Source: a virus
Lineage: Duplodnaviria > Heunggongvirae > Uroviricota > Caudoviricetes
Virus record (IMG/VR): IMGVR_UViG_2541047798_000010
Reading direction: 5' to 3' (one strand)
Length of the DNA: 43,320 nucleotides
Part shown: positions 35,864 through 43,320 of the stretch, piece by piece
Layout of the letters: each line of letters begins with the position of its first letter
Position numbering within the stretch: the first letter of the stretch is position 1
Made by a program: the position numbers and the translations under genes
The notes under the pieces: generated by a model
The model's input: the letters and a program-made list of their open reading frames with translations, nothing else
Told to the model about the DNA's origin: nothing
Database searches by the model: none

Positions 35864-36653
35864 CCCACACCTCATCTATCCAGTCAGTGTTATGCCAGTC
35901 AAGGCTCTTTCTGACTTCACCTGATTTCTGTCTACAGAACTGGATGCGCCTTGCCAGCTTCTGCTCCCACTGTGCCTGATGGTATGCCTTACCCTCAGCC
36001 ATCCAGTAAATTCTGAACTCTGCAAGTTCCTGTGCCGTTGGCAGACTGTCCAGGTAGATTCCCTGCAATGAGCTTTTCCGAAGAAAGTCATCTGATGGCT
36101 GCCATTGTTCATGCATGACAAATTTGCCTAATTGCCCTGGCCCACCAGGAGGAACAAAGTTATTCATCACGGCGTTGTTTGCGCCGGGGTCATGAGGCAC
36201 AGAATCCCCGGTTTTTGTCCTGCTCTCCCTCTCTTGGTTAAATGACTGGTTATATGACTGGTTCTGGATCCCGTTTTTGGGATCATTCAACATCCCGTTT
36301 TTGGGATCATTCAACATCCCGTTTTCGGGAACATTACCGTTTTCGGGTTCATTACACCCTTCTAGGTTGCCTTTAATGTTCCCGTTTTTGGTTATATTAA
36401 GAGAGAAAACCCGCACTCTTTTTGTCGCTCCCTTTCTCTCTCCGGTATCTGAAATAAGCCCCATTTTCATGAGCGATATAAGCCCGGCCTGCACGGTTTT
36501 TTTATTCAGGCAAGTGTCTTTAACGAGGCGTTCTATGCTGGGGTAGCAGAGGTTATATTCATCGGCTCTGTCAGCCATCGAGAGCAGTATGAGCTTTAAT
36601 GATGAGCTACCTGGATCTGTCTCCCAGGCCCAATCTGTTGCATGTCTGCTCAT
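35838..36653 (-). CDS. Replication initiator O-like protein containing the origin iterons
   Basis: 271 aa; RBS GGAG; N-terminal HTH-like domain; repetitive linker NDPKNGMLNDPKNG encoded by the iteron DNA; directly upstream of the P-like gene. Confidence 0.65.
   Translation of the reverse strand: MSRHATDWAWETDPGSSSLKLILLSMADRADEYNLCYPSIERLVKDTCLNKKTVQAGLISLMKMGLISDTGERKGATKRVRVFSLNITKNGNIKGNLEGCNEPENGNVPENGMLNDPKNGMLNDPKNGIQNQSYNQSFNQERESRTKTGDSVPHDPGANNAVMNNFVPPGGPGQLGKFVMHEQWQPSDDFLRKSSLQGIYLDSLPTAQELAEFRIYWMAEGKAYHQAQWEQKLARRIQFCRQKSGEVRKSLDWHNTDWIDEVWDEINSRTS
36267..36395. repeat. Origin-type iteron array inside the O-like gene
   Basis: Two exact 24-bp direct repeats (CATCCCGTTTTTGGGATCATTCAA, first copy starts GATCC) plus 2-3 degenerate copies with core CCCGTTTT(T/C)GG. 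Confidence 0.6.
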
Positions 36654-36668
36654 GATTAATCTCCGCTA

Positions 36669-36869
36669 TCAGTTTGAGTGTTGTGGGGAGGAATTAATCA
36701 TGATCTGCTTAATCTCTGCCCTGATGCGACGGTTTGATTCCATGGTGCACTCAACACAGTGTCCGTTGTAAACCCAGCGTTCACTGTCATGTCCATGCTT
36801 ACATGGTTTTCCGGTGTAGTAGCGTTTAAGTCCGCGCTTTGCGGCATCAATACGTGTAATGATTTCCAT
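36669..36869 (-). CDS. Small zinc-finger-like protein in the cII-equivalent position; function unknown
   Basis: 66 aa from ATG 36869; motif KPCKHGH...CVEC. Confidence 0.4.
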   Translation of the reverse strand: MEIITRIDAAKRGLKRYYTGKPCKHGHDSERWVYNGHCVECTMESNRRIRAEIKQIMINSSPQHSN

Positions 36870-36926
36870 GGTAAGCCCTGTTATTAGTATTGGGATTACG
36901 GTTATTTTGTGCTGACACAAAAAAAA

Positions 36927-36945
36927 GATCAACCAGATTTGGTTA
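36927..36945. promoter_or_regulatory. Second palindromic motif ATCAACCAnATTTGGTTA, copy 2
   Basis: GATCAACCAGATTTGGTTA, directly followed by an imperfect operator-type site at 36950-36964. Confidence 0.35.
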
Positions 36946-36949
36946 TTTA

Positions 36950-36964
36950 TTACCTTTGAGGTGC
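36950..36964. promoter_or_regulatory. Imperfect operator-type site upstream of the cII-position gene
   Basis: TTACCTTTGAGGTGC. Confidence 0.4.
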
Positions 36965-36970
36965 GAATAG

Positions 36971-36997
36971 ATATGAAAAGACCGCCGGGTGGCGGTC
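36971..36997 (-). terminator. Rho-independent terminator immediately after the cro-like gene (tR1-like position)
   Basis: Minus-strand stem GACCGCC-ACCC-GGCGGTC followed by TTTTCATAT. Confidence 0.5.
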
Positions 36998-37019
36998 TAC
37001 AGAGGGTTGTGACTGGATA

Positions 37020-37250
37020 TCATGAGTAGAAGAAGTATGCCAGTTCTGCTTTTGAGCGCAGCCATTGTCTTGTTTTACAGGCTTTAAAAAGCCCATTCAT
37101 CAATACTTTACCTGGCATTTTGCGCTTACCTGTTAAGTGAGTCTGGATATAGTGACTCGTCGTTCCGGCTTCCTGTGCGAAGGCTTCACGCTCATCCGGA
37201 GTAAGTGCAAGCCAGTGCTTTTTGAAATCGAAATGTCCGTTATCGCTCAT
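37020..37250 (-). CDS. Cro-like small DNA-binding protein, divergent from the repressor
   Basis: 76 aa; position opposite the repressor across a three-operator region. Confidence 0.55.
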   Translation of the reverse strand: MSDNGHFDFKKHWLALTPDEREAFAQEAGTTSHYIQTHLTGKRKMPGKVLMNGLFKACKTRQWLRSKAELAYFFYS

Positions 37251-37286
37251 AGCTATTGCCTGATATTTATTTCAGATAATAAATAT

Positions 37287-37349
37287 TCACCCATAAGGTA
37301 ACAAAAATCAAGGATAGTTACCTATGAGGTGCATTTACCTGTTGGGTAA
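37287..37349. promoter_or_regulatory. OR-type operator region: three operator-type sites between the cro-like and repressor genes
   Basis: TCACCCATAAGGTAA (37287-37301), TTACCTATGAGGTGC (37318-37332), TTACCTGTTGGGTAA (37335-37349); minus-strand promoter-like TTGATT-N17-GAATAT with the first site inside the spacer. Confidence 0.7.
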
Positions 37350-37404
37350 TATTGCTTTAAATTGAATCATCTACTGATTCATATATGAGGCGATTTTCCA
37401 GAAA

Positions 37405-37989
37405 ATGAAAAGTATCCAGGACGTCCGCAGGCAAAATCTCAACGACTTGATCGACCGTGAATTCAATGGTGTTCAGACGCGGATGGCAGAAAAACTTGGA
37501 ACTCAGGCAAATCTGGTAAACCGCTGGGCTCTTGGCAAGAAGGTTATCGGCGACCAGGTTGCACGAAAAATTGAAGCTGCCGCCAATAAACCCCGTAACT
37601 GGCTTGATATTGATCGTTCGCTTTCTCAGGAGGGTTTTCAGCCTGTCGGCCCGAGCGATATAGGTCAGTTGGCGGCTCACAACCTGGAACGCTGGATGAG
37701 CGAAAGCCGCGACCTTTCAACACAGGGAAAACTTCACCGCGCATCCGGCGTCGCCCAGGTGACAATCAGCCGCCTGTTAAACAATGAGGTCAGCGTTTCC
37801 ATTTCCACTCTGGAGAATGTTGCATCCGCATTCGGGCGTCACGGATATGAACTACTGATTCACCCGCACGACCCTGCGACTATCAACTATGACCGCTCAC
37901 GCTACGCATTGTTACCCGAAACCGAGAAAGCAAAGATCGAAAGTTACATTGAATTTGTCATCAACCAGAACGAAAAAAGCAAACAATAA
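37405..37989 (+). CDS. Prophage repressor with two tandem HTH (XRE-type) domains and no LexA-like autocleavage (S24) domain
   Basis: 194 aa; HTH-like segments near aa 20-60 and 95-150; divergent from cro-like gene; own terminator downstream. Confidence 0.7.
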   Translation: MKSIQDVRRQNLNDLIDREFNGVQTRMAEKLGTQANLVNRWALGKKVIGDQVARKIEAAANKPRNWLDIDRSLSQEGFQPVGPSDIGQLAAHNLERWMSESRDLSTQGKLHRASGVAQVTISRLLNNEVSVSISTLENVASAFGRHGYELLIHPHDPATINYDRSRYALLPETEKAKIESYIEFVINQNEKSKQ

Positions 37990-38010
37990 AACTATAGTTT
38001 TCAGTAAGTA

Positions 38011-38036
38011 AGCCGCCTCATGGCGGCTTTTTTATT
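38011..38036 (+). terminator. Rho-independent terminator after the repressor gene
   Basis: AGCCGCC-TCAT-GGCGGCT followed by TTTTTATT. Confidence 0.7.
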
Positions 38037-38046
38037 GCCAGATAGA

Positions 38047-38123
38047 TTACCTTACGGGTAATTTTTTTAACTCATATCTATTGACACTAAACCAAATAAG
38101 CATAATTATTACCTCAACGGTAA
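38047..38123. promoter_or_regulatory. OL-type region: two perfect operator-type sites flanking a sigma70-like promoter for the plus-strand recombination operon
   Basis: TTACCTTACGGGTAA (38047-38061); -35 TTGACA (38081-38086), 17-bp spacer, -10 AATTAT; TTACCTCAACGGTAA (38109-38123) starts right after the -10. Confidence 0.65.
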
Positions 38124-38142
38124 CAGACCGAGGTAACAAGTT

Positions 38143-38295
38143 ATGCAGTGGAAAATCATCAACGGTTGGTACTGCGTTACTGCATGCGGATTCATGAGCT
38201 GGAAGTTCCGCACCTTACAGGAAGGCATTAAGTGGGCTTTCGTCAGCAAAGAAGCTCGCGATGTAGCCAACGATAACGAGATATGGGAGGGCTGA
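38143..38295 (+). CDS. 50-aa Trp/Cys-rich small protein, first ORF after the OL promoter (not in ORF track)
   Basis: RBS GAGGT 9 nt upstream of ATG 38143; stop overlaps the RBS of the next gene. Confidence 0.3.
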   Translation: MQWKIINGWYCVTACGFMSWKFRTLQEGIKWAFVSKEARDVANDNEIWEG

Positions 38296-38297
38296 TA

Positions 38298-38597
38298 ATG
38301 AACGTTAATCAGCAGAAAAATCTTCAAAAAATCATGCTGGCATTCGACAAGGACTACCGCCTGTCAGAACAGCTATATGACCGACAAGTTGAACTGATTG
38401 AGAGCATCCGACTTCATCAACTGTCCTCAACTTTCGACGTTGTAACAGGCAAAGGCGTTCGTCAGGAAGTGCTGGAGGCTGCTAAAGACAGCCCTGAGTT
38501 CGAAGAACTGATGGATTCCTACCGGCGCGAGGCAATGGCAATTATCGCCCGCTGGGATCTGGCGGATCGGATTGATGGGCAGAGGGAAGCGGCATGA
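38298..38597 (+). CDS. Hypothetical early protein
   Basis: 99 aa from ATG 38298 (RBS GGAGGG 7 nt upstream); ATGA coupling to the exonuclease gene. Confidence 0.5.
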   Translation: MNVNQQKNLQKIMLAFDKDYRLSEQLYDRQVELIESIRLHQLSSTFDVVTGKGVRQEVLEAAKDSPEFEELMDSYRREAMAIIARWDLADRIDGQREAA

Positions 38598-39493
38598 TGC
38601 AGAACGCTGGAATCATGGATAGAACAAAATACATCGGAGGAAGCGATGTTGCAGGGATTCTTGGAATTAGCCCATGGCGCACCCCGCTTGAGGTTTATCT
38701 GGATAAGGTCCAGCCACGTGTCAAACCAGTAGACCCAAGCAAGCAGAAAGTTTTCACGCGTGGCCAGCGTATGGAGCCATACGTAATAGACCTGCTTTCT
38801 GAGGAAACAGGGATGGAAATCGTTCATCGCGGAAACCGCTATATCCACCGTGATTACGATTTTATTGCAGCTGAGATCGATGCAGAAGCAGCGTCAGGCG
38901 AGAACATTGAGATCAAAACAGTTAGTCCGTTCAAAGCCAAAGAATGGGGAGAAATCCAGACAGATGCAATTCCTGTGCATTACACGGCCCAGGCCATGCA
39001 CGGGTTGATGGTTACAAACAAACAGGTATGCGTTTTCGGTGTGCTTATCGGTGGCGACGACTTCCGAATCTATCGGGTTGAGCGTGATGAAGAAACTATC
39101 CAGGCGATCTTAGAAAAAGAAATCGCTTTCTGGGACCGAGTGAAAAATCTTAACCCGCCGGAAGCTACCAGCGTAAGCGATGTATCGCTGATGTTTGAGA
39201 AAGATGCCGGGACAAGTATCGAGGCTGACGGAAAGGCACTCGCACTATTCAACGATCTACGAGACATGAAGTCACGCAGAAAATCACTGGAAGAAGAAAT
39301 AGCTATATCAGAAGAGAAGCTGAAGATGTACATGCAAGAGCACTCAGTCCTGACCCTGGACGGAAAGCCGCTCTGCACATGGAAATCTCAGATCAGCAAC
39401 AGATTCGACCAGAAGCTATTCCAGTCAGTACACCCTGAGTTATTCGAAAAATTCAAAACAACAACGACACAACGCGTCTTCAGAATGAAGTAA
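38594..39493 (+). CDS. YqaJ-like recombination exonuclease (PD-(D/E)xK)
   Basis: 299 aa; N-terminal YIGGSDVAGILGISPWRTPLEVY typical of YqaJ/lambda-Exo-like exonucleases; paired with RecT. Confidence 0.8.
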   Translation: MMQNAGIMDRTKYIGGSDVAGILGISPWRTPLEVYLDKVQPRVKPVDPSKQKVFTRGQRMEPYVIDLLSEETGMEIVHRGNRYIHRDYDFIAAEIDAEAASGENIEIKTVSPFKAKEWGEIQTDAIPVHYTAQAMHGLMVTNKQVCVFGVLIGGDDFRIYRVERDEETIQAILEKEIAFWDRVKNLNPPEATSVSDVSLMFEKDAGTSIEADGKALALFNDLRDMKSRRKSLEEEIAISEEKLKMYMQEHSVLTLDGKPLCTWKSQISNRFDQKLFQSVHPELFEKFKTTTTQRVFRMK

Positions 39494-39502
39494 GGAGAAA
39501 AA

Positions 39503-40525
39503 ATGTCTATCAATGCACTTAAGGCAGCGGCTACCGGTAACCAAGTTGCACATCATAATGAGAAACCAACAACTCTGGCCGGACTTCTGGCAGACCCAAA
39601 AATTAAAGCTCAGATGGCTTTGGCACTTCCAAAGCACATGACAGCAGACCGTCTGGCGCGCATAGCAACCACAGAGATCAGAAAGGTTCCAAAACTTGCA
39701 TCATGCGACCAAGCCAGCTTCCTGGGGGCAATTATGCAATGTGCCCAATTGGGTCTTGAACCAGGCGGAGCTCTTGGACACGCTTACCTGATACCGTTCG
39801 ACAAACGCCAGAAAGTAAATGGAAGATGGGAAACCGTATCTACAGAAGCACAGCTGATTATCGGCTATCGCGGAATGATTGACCTTGCCCGCCGCTCTGG
39901 GCAGATCCTGAGTATCTCGGCTCGTACCGTACATACAAACGACAAATTCAGCTACTCATACGGCCTGGAAGAAACGCTCGAGCATTTACCTTGCGAAACA
40001 GGTGACCGCGGAGAATTAACGCACGTTTACGCCGTTGCACGACTGAAAGATGGCGGAGTCCAATTTGAAGTTATGAGCCGGGCAGACGTTGAGAAAGTTC
40101 GTGCACTGAGCAAAGCCGGTAGCAGTGGCCCATGGGTTGATCACTTCGATGAGATGGCTAAAAAAACAGTAATTCGCCGACTGTTCAAATATCTTCCTGT
40201 TTCTATTGAAATGCAGAAGGCTGTTGTTATGGATGAGCGCGCTGAAGCTGGACTTAGCCAAGATAACGCAGCTGTTATCACTGGTGAATATTCCGTAGTT
40301 GACGATGAGCGTCAACACCTGTCGCCAATTTCAGATTCAGAACGAGAAGAAGCTCGAGAATATATCATCGCGATACTTAATAGCCTGGATCCATCTGCTG
40401 AAGATGCAAAAACGATGTTCAAGCGCGCTGAAAATGAAATTAACACCATGGCTGAAAAGCTCGGTGATGAATATCACCAAAAATTCATGATGACGCTTAA
40501 CGATATGCGTCCAGAATTCGAGTAA
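39503..40525 (+). CDS. recT: RecT-family single-strand annealing protein
   Basis: 340 aa; RBS AAGGAG; follows the exonuclease gene; RecT-like core. Confidence 0.85.
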   Translation: MSINALKAAATGNQVAHHNEKPTTLAGLLADPKIKAQMALALPKHMTADRLARIATTEIRKVPKLASCDQASFLGAIMQCAQLGLEPGGALGHAYLIPFDKRQKVNGRWETVSTEAQLIIGYRGMIDLARRSGQILSISARTVHTNDKFSYSYGLEETLEHLPCETGDRGELTHVYAVARLKDGGVQFEVMSRADVEKVRALSKAGSSGPWVDHFDEMAKKTVIRRLFKYLPVSIEMQKAVVMDERAEAGLSQDNAAVITGEYSVVDDERQHLSPISDSEREEAREYIIAILNSLDPSAEDAKTMFKRAENEINTMAEKLGDEYHQKFMMTLNDMRPEFE

Positions 40526-40574
40526 CCACCACCGCGGCGCCACGTGCGCCGCACTGCAACCAAGAGAGGTATTC

Positions 40575-40823
40575 ATGAAAGGTGCATTAGGTAAGAAAGA
40601 ACTCCTGGCGGTGGTGCCACTGTCATGGAGCACTATCGACCGTATGGAGCGCGCAGGGGAATTTCCTAAACGCTGGTATATCACCGATAAACGCTGCGCA
40701 TGGAACCGTGATGAAGTTGAGCGTTGGCTTGATGAACGTCAGGCAGCAAGCCCGGCAGAGTTCCAGGGTAAAAAGCCTCCTGTTCAGCAACGTGTATATC
40801 GTCCCGTGAGCAACGCTGCATGA
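40575..40823 (+). CDS. AlpA/Xis-like small HTH protein (candidate excisionase or regulator)
   Basis: 82 aa; RBS GAGAGG; segment LLAVVPLSWSTIDRMERAGEFPKRWYITDKRCAWNRDEVERWL typical of the AlpA family. Confidence 0.65.
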   Translation: MKGALGKKELLAVVPLSWSTIDRMERAGEFPKRWYITDKRCAWNRDEVERWLDERQAASPAEFQGKKPPVQQRVYRPVSNAA

Positions 40824-40932
40824 GTGCGCTGCTAAGGCACTGGAGCAAATGGTCAGGATGGTACTTATTCCTGGCCTCTGTTTCAGCATGGCTTTATCTG
40901 CTGGCATTAATTTTCAGAGAGGGTTGGATTAA

Positions 40933-41232
40933 GTGAGAAAGTTAAGCCGACTTGAAAAATATCACATGAATAAGGTTTCAATGCGCAGTCCGTCAAAGAT
41001 TGTCGCCGTTACTCCTGCGGCGATAGAGATCGAAAAACGCGCGATTGAAAGAGAGAAAAAAGGGCAATTCCGCATTGCCGCTCACCTTTGGCTTCAGTGT
41101 ATGGATGTTGCTTCTGGTGATGTTGAACGTGCAAGGATCGCGGTTCGCAGGGACCAATGTATCACAAAAGGTAACGGCCTTCGCCGTGGCGACTATAGCG
41201 GCATAGGATGTTGTGGGGTGGTTTATGACTAA
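40933..41232 (+). CDS. Hypothetical protein, start uncertain (GTG 40933 or ATG 40966)
   Basis: 99-aa track ORF; stop overlaps the methyltransferase start region. Confidence 0.35.
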   Translation: MRKLSRLEKYHMNKVSMRSPSKIVAVTPAAIEIEKRAIEREKKGQFRIAAHLWLQCMDVASGDVERARIAVRRDQCITKGNGLRRGDYSGIGCCGVVYD

Positions 41233-41875
41233 GAAATACACACTAATCTATGCAGATCCACCCTGGGTATACCGGGACAAAGCCGCAGATGGTAATCGCG
41301 GTGCCGGTTTTAAATATCCGGTTATGAGTGTGCTGGATATCTGCCGCCTTCCTGTGTGGGATTTGGCCGATGAAAACTGTCTGTTGGCCATGTGGTGGGT
41401 GCCAACACAACCACTCGAAGCACTAAAAGTTGTTGAAGCCTGGGGATTCCGTCTGATGACGATGAAGGGCTTCACGTGGATAAAATGTGGTAGTCGACAA
41501 CCAGATAAACTGGTTATGGGTATGGGACACATGACTCGCGCCAATAGTGAAGATTGCCTGTTTGCGGTAAAGGGAAAACTACCTACGCGCATTAATGCAG
41601 GGATCGTTCAGTCATTTACCGCACCGCGGCTTGAGCATTCAAGAAAGCCAGATATCGTTCGTGAAAAACTTGTGCAATTATTAGGCGATGTTTCTCGCAT
41701 TGAACTGTTCGCCCGCCAGACGTCTCATGGCTTTGATGTTTGGGGTAATCAGTGCGAAGACCCGGCAGTGCAACTACACCCTGGATACGCGTTGGATATT
41801 GGCGGATTAACAAATGCATTCAGCAATGCTCCGCTGTCACCAACAGACATCCAGGGGCGGGAGCGTGCTGCATGA
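41225..41875 (+). CDS. MT-A70-family DNA N6-adenine methyltransferase (orphan)
   Basis: 216 aa from ATG 41225; catalytic DPPW motif in YTLIYADPPWVY; no adjacent restriction endonuclease gene. Confidence 0.8.
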   Translation: MTKKYTLIYADPPWVYRDKAADGNRGAGFKYPVMSVLDICRLPVWDLADENCLLAMWWVPTQPLEALKVVEAWGFRLMTMKGFTWIKCGSRQPDKLVMGMGHMTRANSEDCLFAVKGKLPTRINAGIVQSFTAPRLEHSRKPDIVREKLVQLLGDVSRIELFARQTSHGFDVWGNQCEDPAVQLHPGYALDIGGLTNAFSNAPLSPTDIQGRERAA

Positions 41876-42066
41876 ACAGGGCATCACCAGCAGATTTAAG
41901 AAAATGCCTTGAAACTGCAAACATGCTTGCACACAGCGGGATCAGGTTTGTTCCAATTCCCGCTGTCACTGATGCTGAATTTGCAACACTGTCAGCAATA
42001 TTCGAAAACAAAATTGAATCACTGGCAGCAGAAGCAGAGATGGAAGAAAATCAGCAGAACTATTAA
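41872..42066 (+). CDS. Small hypothetical protein
   Basis: 64 aa; ATG overlaps the methyltransferase stop (ATGA); convergent with the integrase. Confidence 0.4.
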   Translation: MNRASPADLRKCLETANMLAHSGIRFVPIPAVTDAEFATLSAIFENKIESLAAEAEMEENQQNY

Positions 42067-42069
42067 ACG

Positions 42070-43320
42070 TTATTCCCCCGCCATCCACTTCTCAAACTTC
42101 GACGGGGAGAACGGAATCAGATCCGTATGCTCCCCGTCAATCCATGAATCAATCATATCGGCCCACTGCTGCAACATGTAGGCGCGCTGTCTGGCGTATT
42201 CCGCTTTGTTATATACGGCGCGCACACCTTTCTGCTCATGTGCCAGAGCCTTTTCAATCCAGTCTGAAGGATAACCAGCCTCATGCAACAACGTACTGGC
42301 TGTACGGCGCATATCATGTACAGTGAAGTCCTGAATATGCTCACCATCTTCATTTATTATTTTCACCGTTCTGTCGATCAGAGAGTTCAGCGCGGCATTA
42401 GATAATGGCTTCCGGAAATTGTAACGACCAGGAACCAGATATTCACTTCCACCAGCGCACATCTGCAACCCGACCAATATATCCTGTGCCTGTTTAGGCA
42501 GGTAAATAACGTGCGCCCGGCTTCCCTTCATGCGGTCTGGAGGAATTGTCCATGTCCATTTTTTAAAATCTATTTCATCCCACGTTGCATTGGTGAATTC
42601 GCCCTTACGAACCATAGTGATAAGCACCAGTTTTAAAGCCATTTTCATAGTGCCCATAGCACCAATGGCATCCAGCGTGCGGAAGAACAGGCCAATTTCT
42701 TCTGGTGTCAGTGTTCGCTCTCGTGGTTTAAATATGGCGATAGACGAAGGTTTAATGTCAGCCGCAGGATTAAACAAACCATGACCACGGTCATTGGCGT
42801 GACGGTATACGCTACTGATGATCTCCCTGGCCTGCACTGCTGTTGCCCGGCCACCGCGTTCGACAATCCGGTCACACAAATCACGAACCATCGATGTGGT
42901 AATTTCAGCCATCATTTTATTGCCAAGAACCGGAAGTATGTCACGGTCGATCACCGCCTGTTTCATTGCGCGGGTACTGTCAGCCAGGATGACGTGTTTC
43001 ATATAACTGTCGGTATGTACCGCAAACGTCTCGGCACCACGAATCTTTTTGATACCGTCACGTTTAGCCGCAGCCGGTGACTGGCCTGCTTTAAGCAGCT
43101 TCTTTGCAGCAATCAGTTCTTCTCGCGCTTCTGCCAGGCTGATACCGTCACGCCCATACTGCCCGATTACCAGTGTTTCGCGGCGACCGTTGATACGGTA
43201 GTCATAGCGAAACGAGACCGTGCCTGACGTAAGCACAGCTACATACAGCCCGTCACGATCGGAGACCTTGTACAGTTTGTCCTGCGGCTTGAGGTTTTTT
43301 AATTTTGTATCGGTAAGCAC
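42070..43320 (-). CDS. int: Tyrosine integrase, P4-type (5-prime end at or just beyond the window edge)
   Basis: 416-aa ORF running to the window edge; N-terminal LTDTKLKNLKPQDKLYKVSDRDGLYV arm-binding domain and C-terminal catalytic region (R...HDMRRT...Y). Confidence 0.9.
   Translation of the reverse strand: MLTDTKLKNLKPQDKLYKVSDRDGLYVAVLTSGTVSFRYDYRINGRRETLVIGQYGRDGISLAEAREELIAAKKLLKAGQSPAAAKRDGIKKIRGAETFAVHTDSYMKHVILADSTRAMKQAVIDRDILPVLGNKMMAEITTSMVRDLCDRIVERGGRATAVQAREIISSVYRHANDRGHGLFNPAADIKPSSIAIFKPRERTLTPEEIGLFFRTLDAIGAMGTMKMALKLVLITMVRKGEFTNATWDEIDFKKWTWTIPPDRMKGSRAHVIYLPKQAQDILVGLQMCAGGSEYLVPGRYNFRKPLSNAALNSLIDRTVKIINEDGEHIQDFTVHDMRRTASTLLHEAGYPSDWIEKALAHEQKGVRAVYNKAEYARQRAYMLQQWADMIDSWIDGEHTDLIPFSPSKFEKWMAGE

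Larger units (their letters stand above)
1143..43320. mobile_element. Integrated temperate prophage (podovirus-like virion module, lambdoid early region, P4-type integrase); right end lies beyond the window
   Basis: Contiguous phage lysis, tailspike, T7-like tail/core, capsid, portal, terminase, replication, recombination, immunity and integrase genes; left limit placed just after a bidirectional terminator following two non-phage-like genes; exact att sites not identified. Confidence 0.85.

Noticed and set aside
36267-36395. Direct repeats as a CRISPR array
   Set aside because: Repeats are contiguous with no spacers, lie inside a replication-initiator gene and encode its linker; these are origin iterons
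40534-40552. GC-rich hairpin GCGGCGC-CACGT-GCGCCGC after recT as a terminator
   Set aside because: No U-tract follows the stem; more likely an mRNA structure or binding site, left unannotated

Overview
The window is almost entirely one integrated temperate prophage (about 1.14 kb to beyond the right edge), with two apparently host-side genes at the left (a glycine-zipper lipoprotein and a secreted coiled-coil protein). All calls are from reading the sequence and the ORF track; no database search was run, so family names are motif-level assignments. Prophage layout, left to right: lysis cassette on the minus strand (two holin-like proteins, GH19 endolysin, Rz with embedded Rz1); a 1039-aa tailspike; an accessory hotspot (antirepressor locus, AT-rich cargo genes); a T7-like tail/internal-core module; capsid, scaffold and portal; a plus-strand insertion carrying tRNA-Arg(UCU); terminase large and small subunits; a lambdoid early region (DUF551, TGT/DpdA-like, Ead-like, HNH endonuclease, P-like and O-like replication proteins with ori iterons, Cro-like, divergent tandem-HTH repressor, then exonuclease, RecT, AlpA/Xis-like, MT-A70 methyltransferase); and a P4-type integrase at the right edge. 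The most interesting material is regulatory and accessory: (1) a three-copy antirepressor system, with a LexA-box-controlled 85-aa standalone effector domain plus two Bro-N fusion paralogs in inverted orientation around an AT-rich membrane-protein cargo gene; (2) a 15-bp palindrome TTACC-N5-GGTAA present 10 times perfectly, all intergenic, at OR, OL and eight other promoters; (3) a truncated TGT-fold (DpdA-like) gene suggesting 7-deazaguanine DNA modification; (4) a 12-bp palindrome GTGACATGTCAC at three module junctions; (5) a tailspike with sialidase-type motifs and a C-terminal chaperone domain. No CRISPR array or rRNA was seen.
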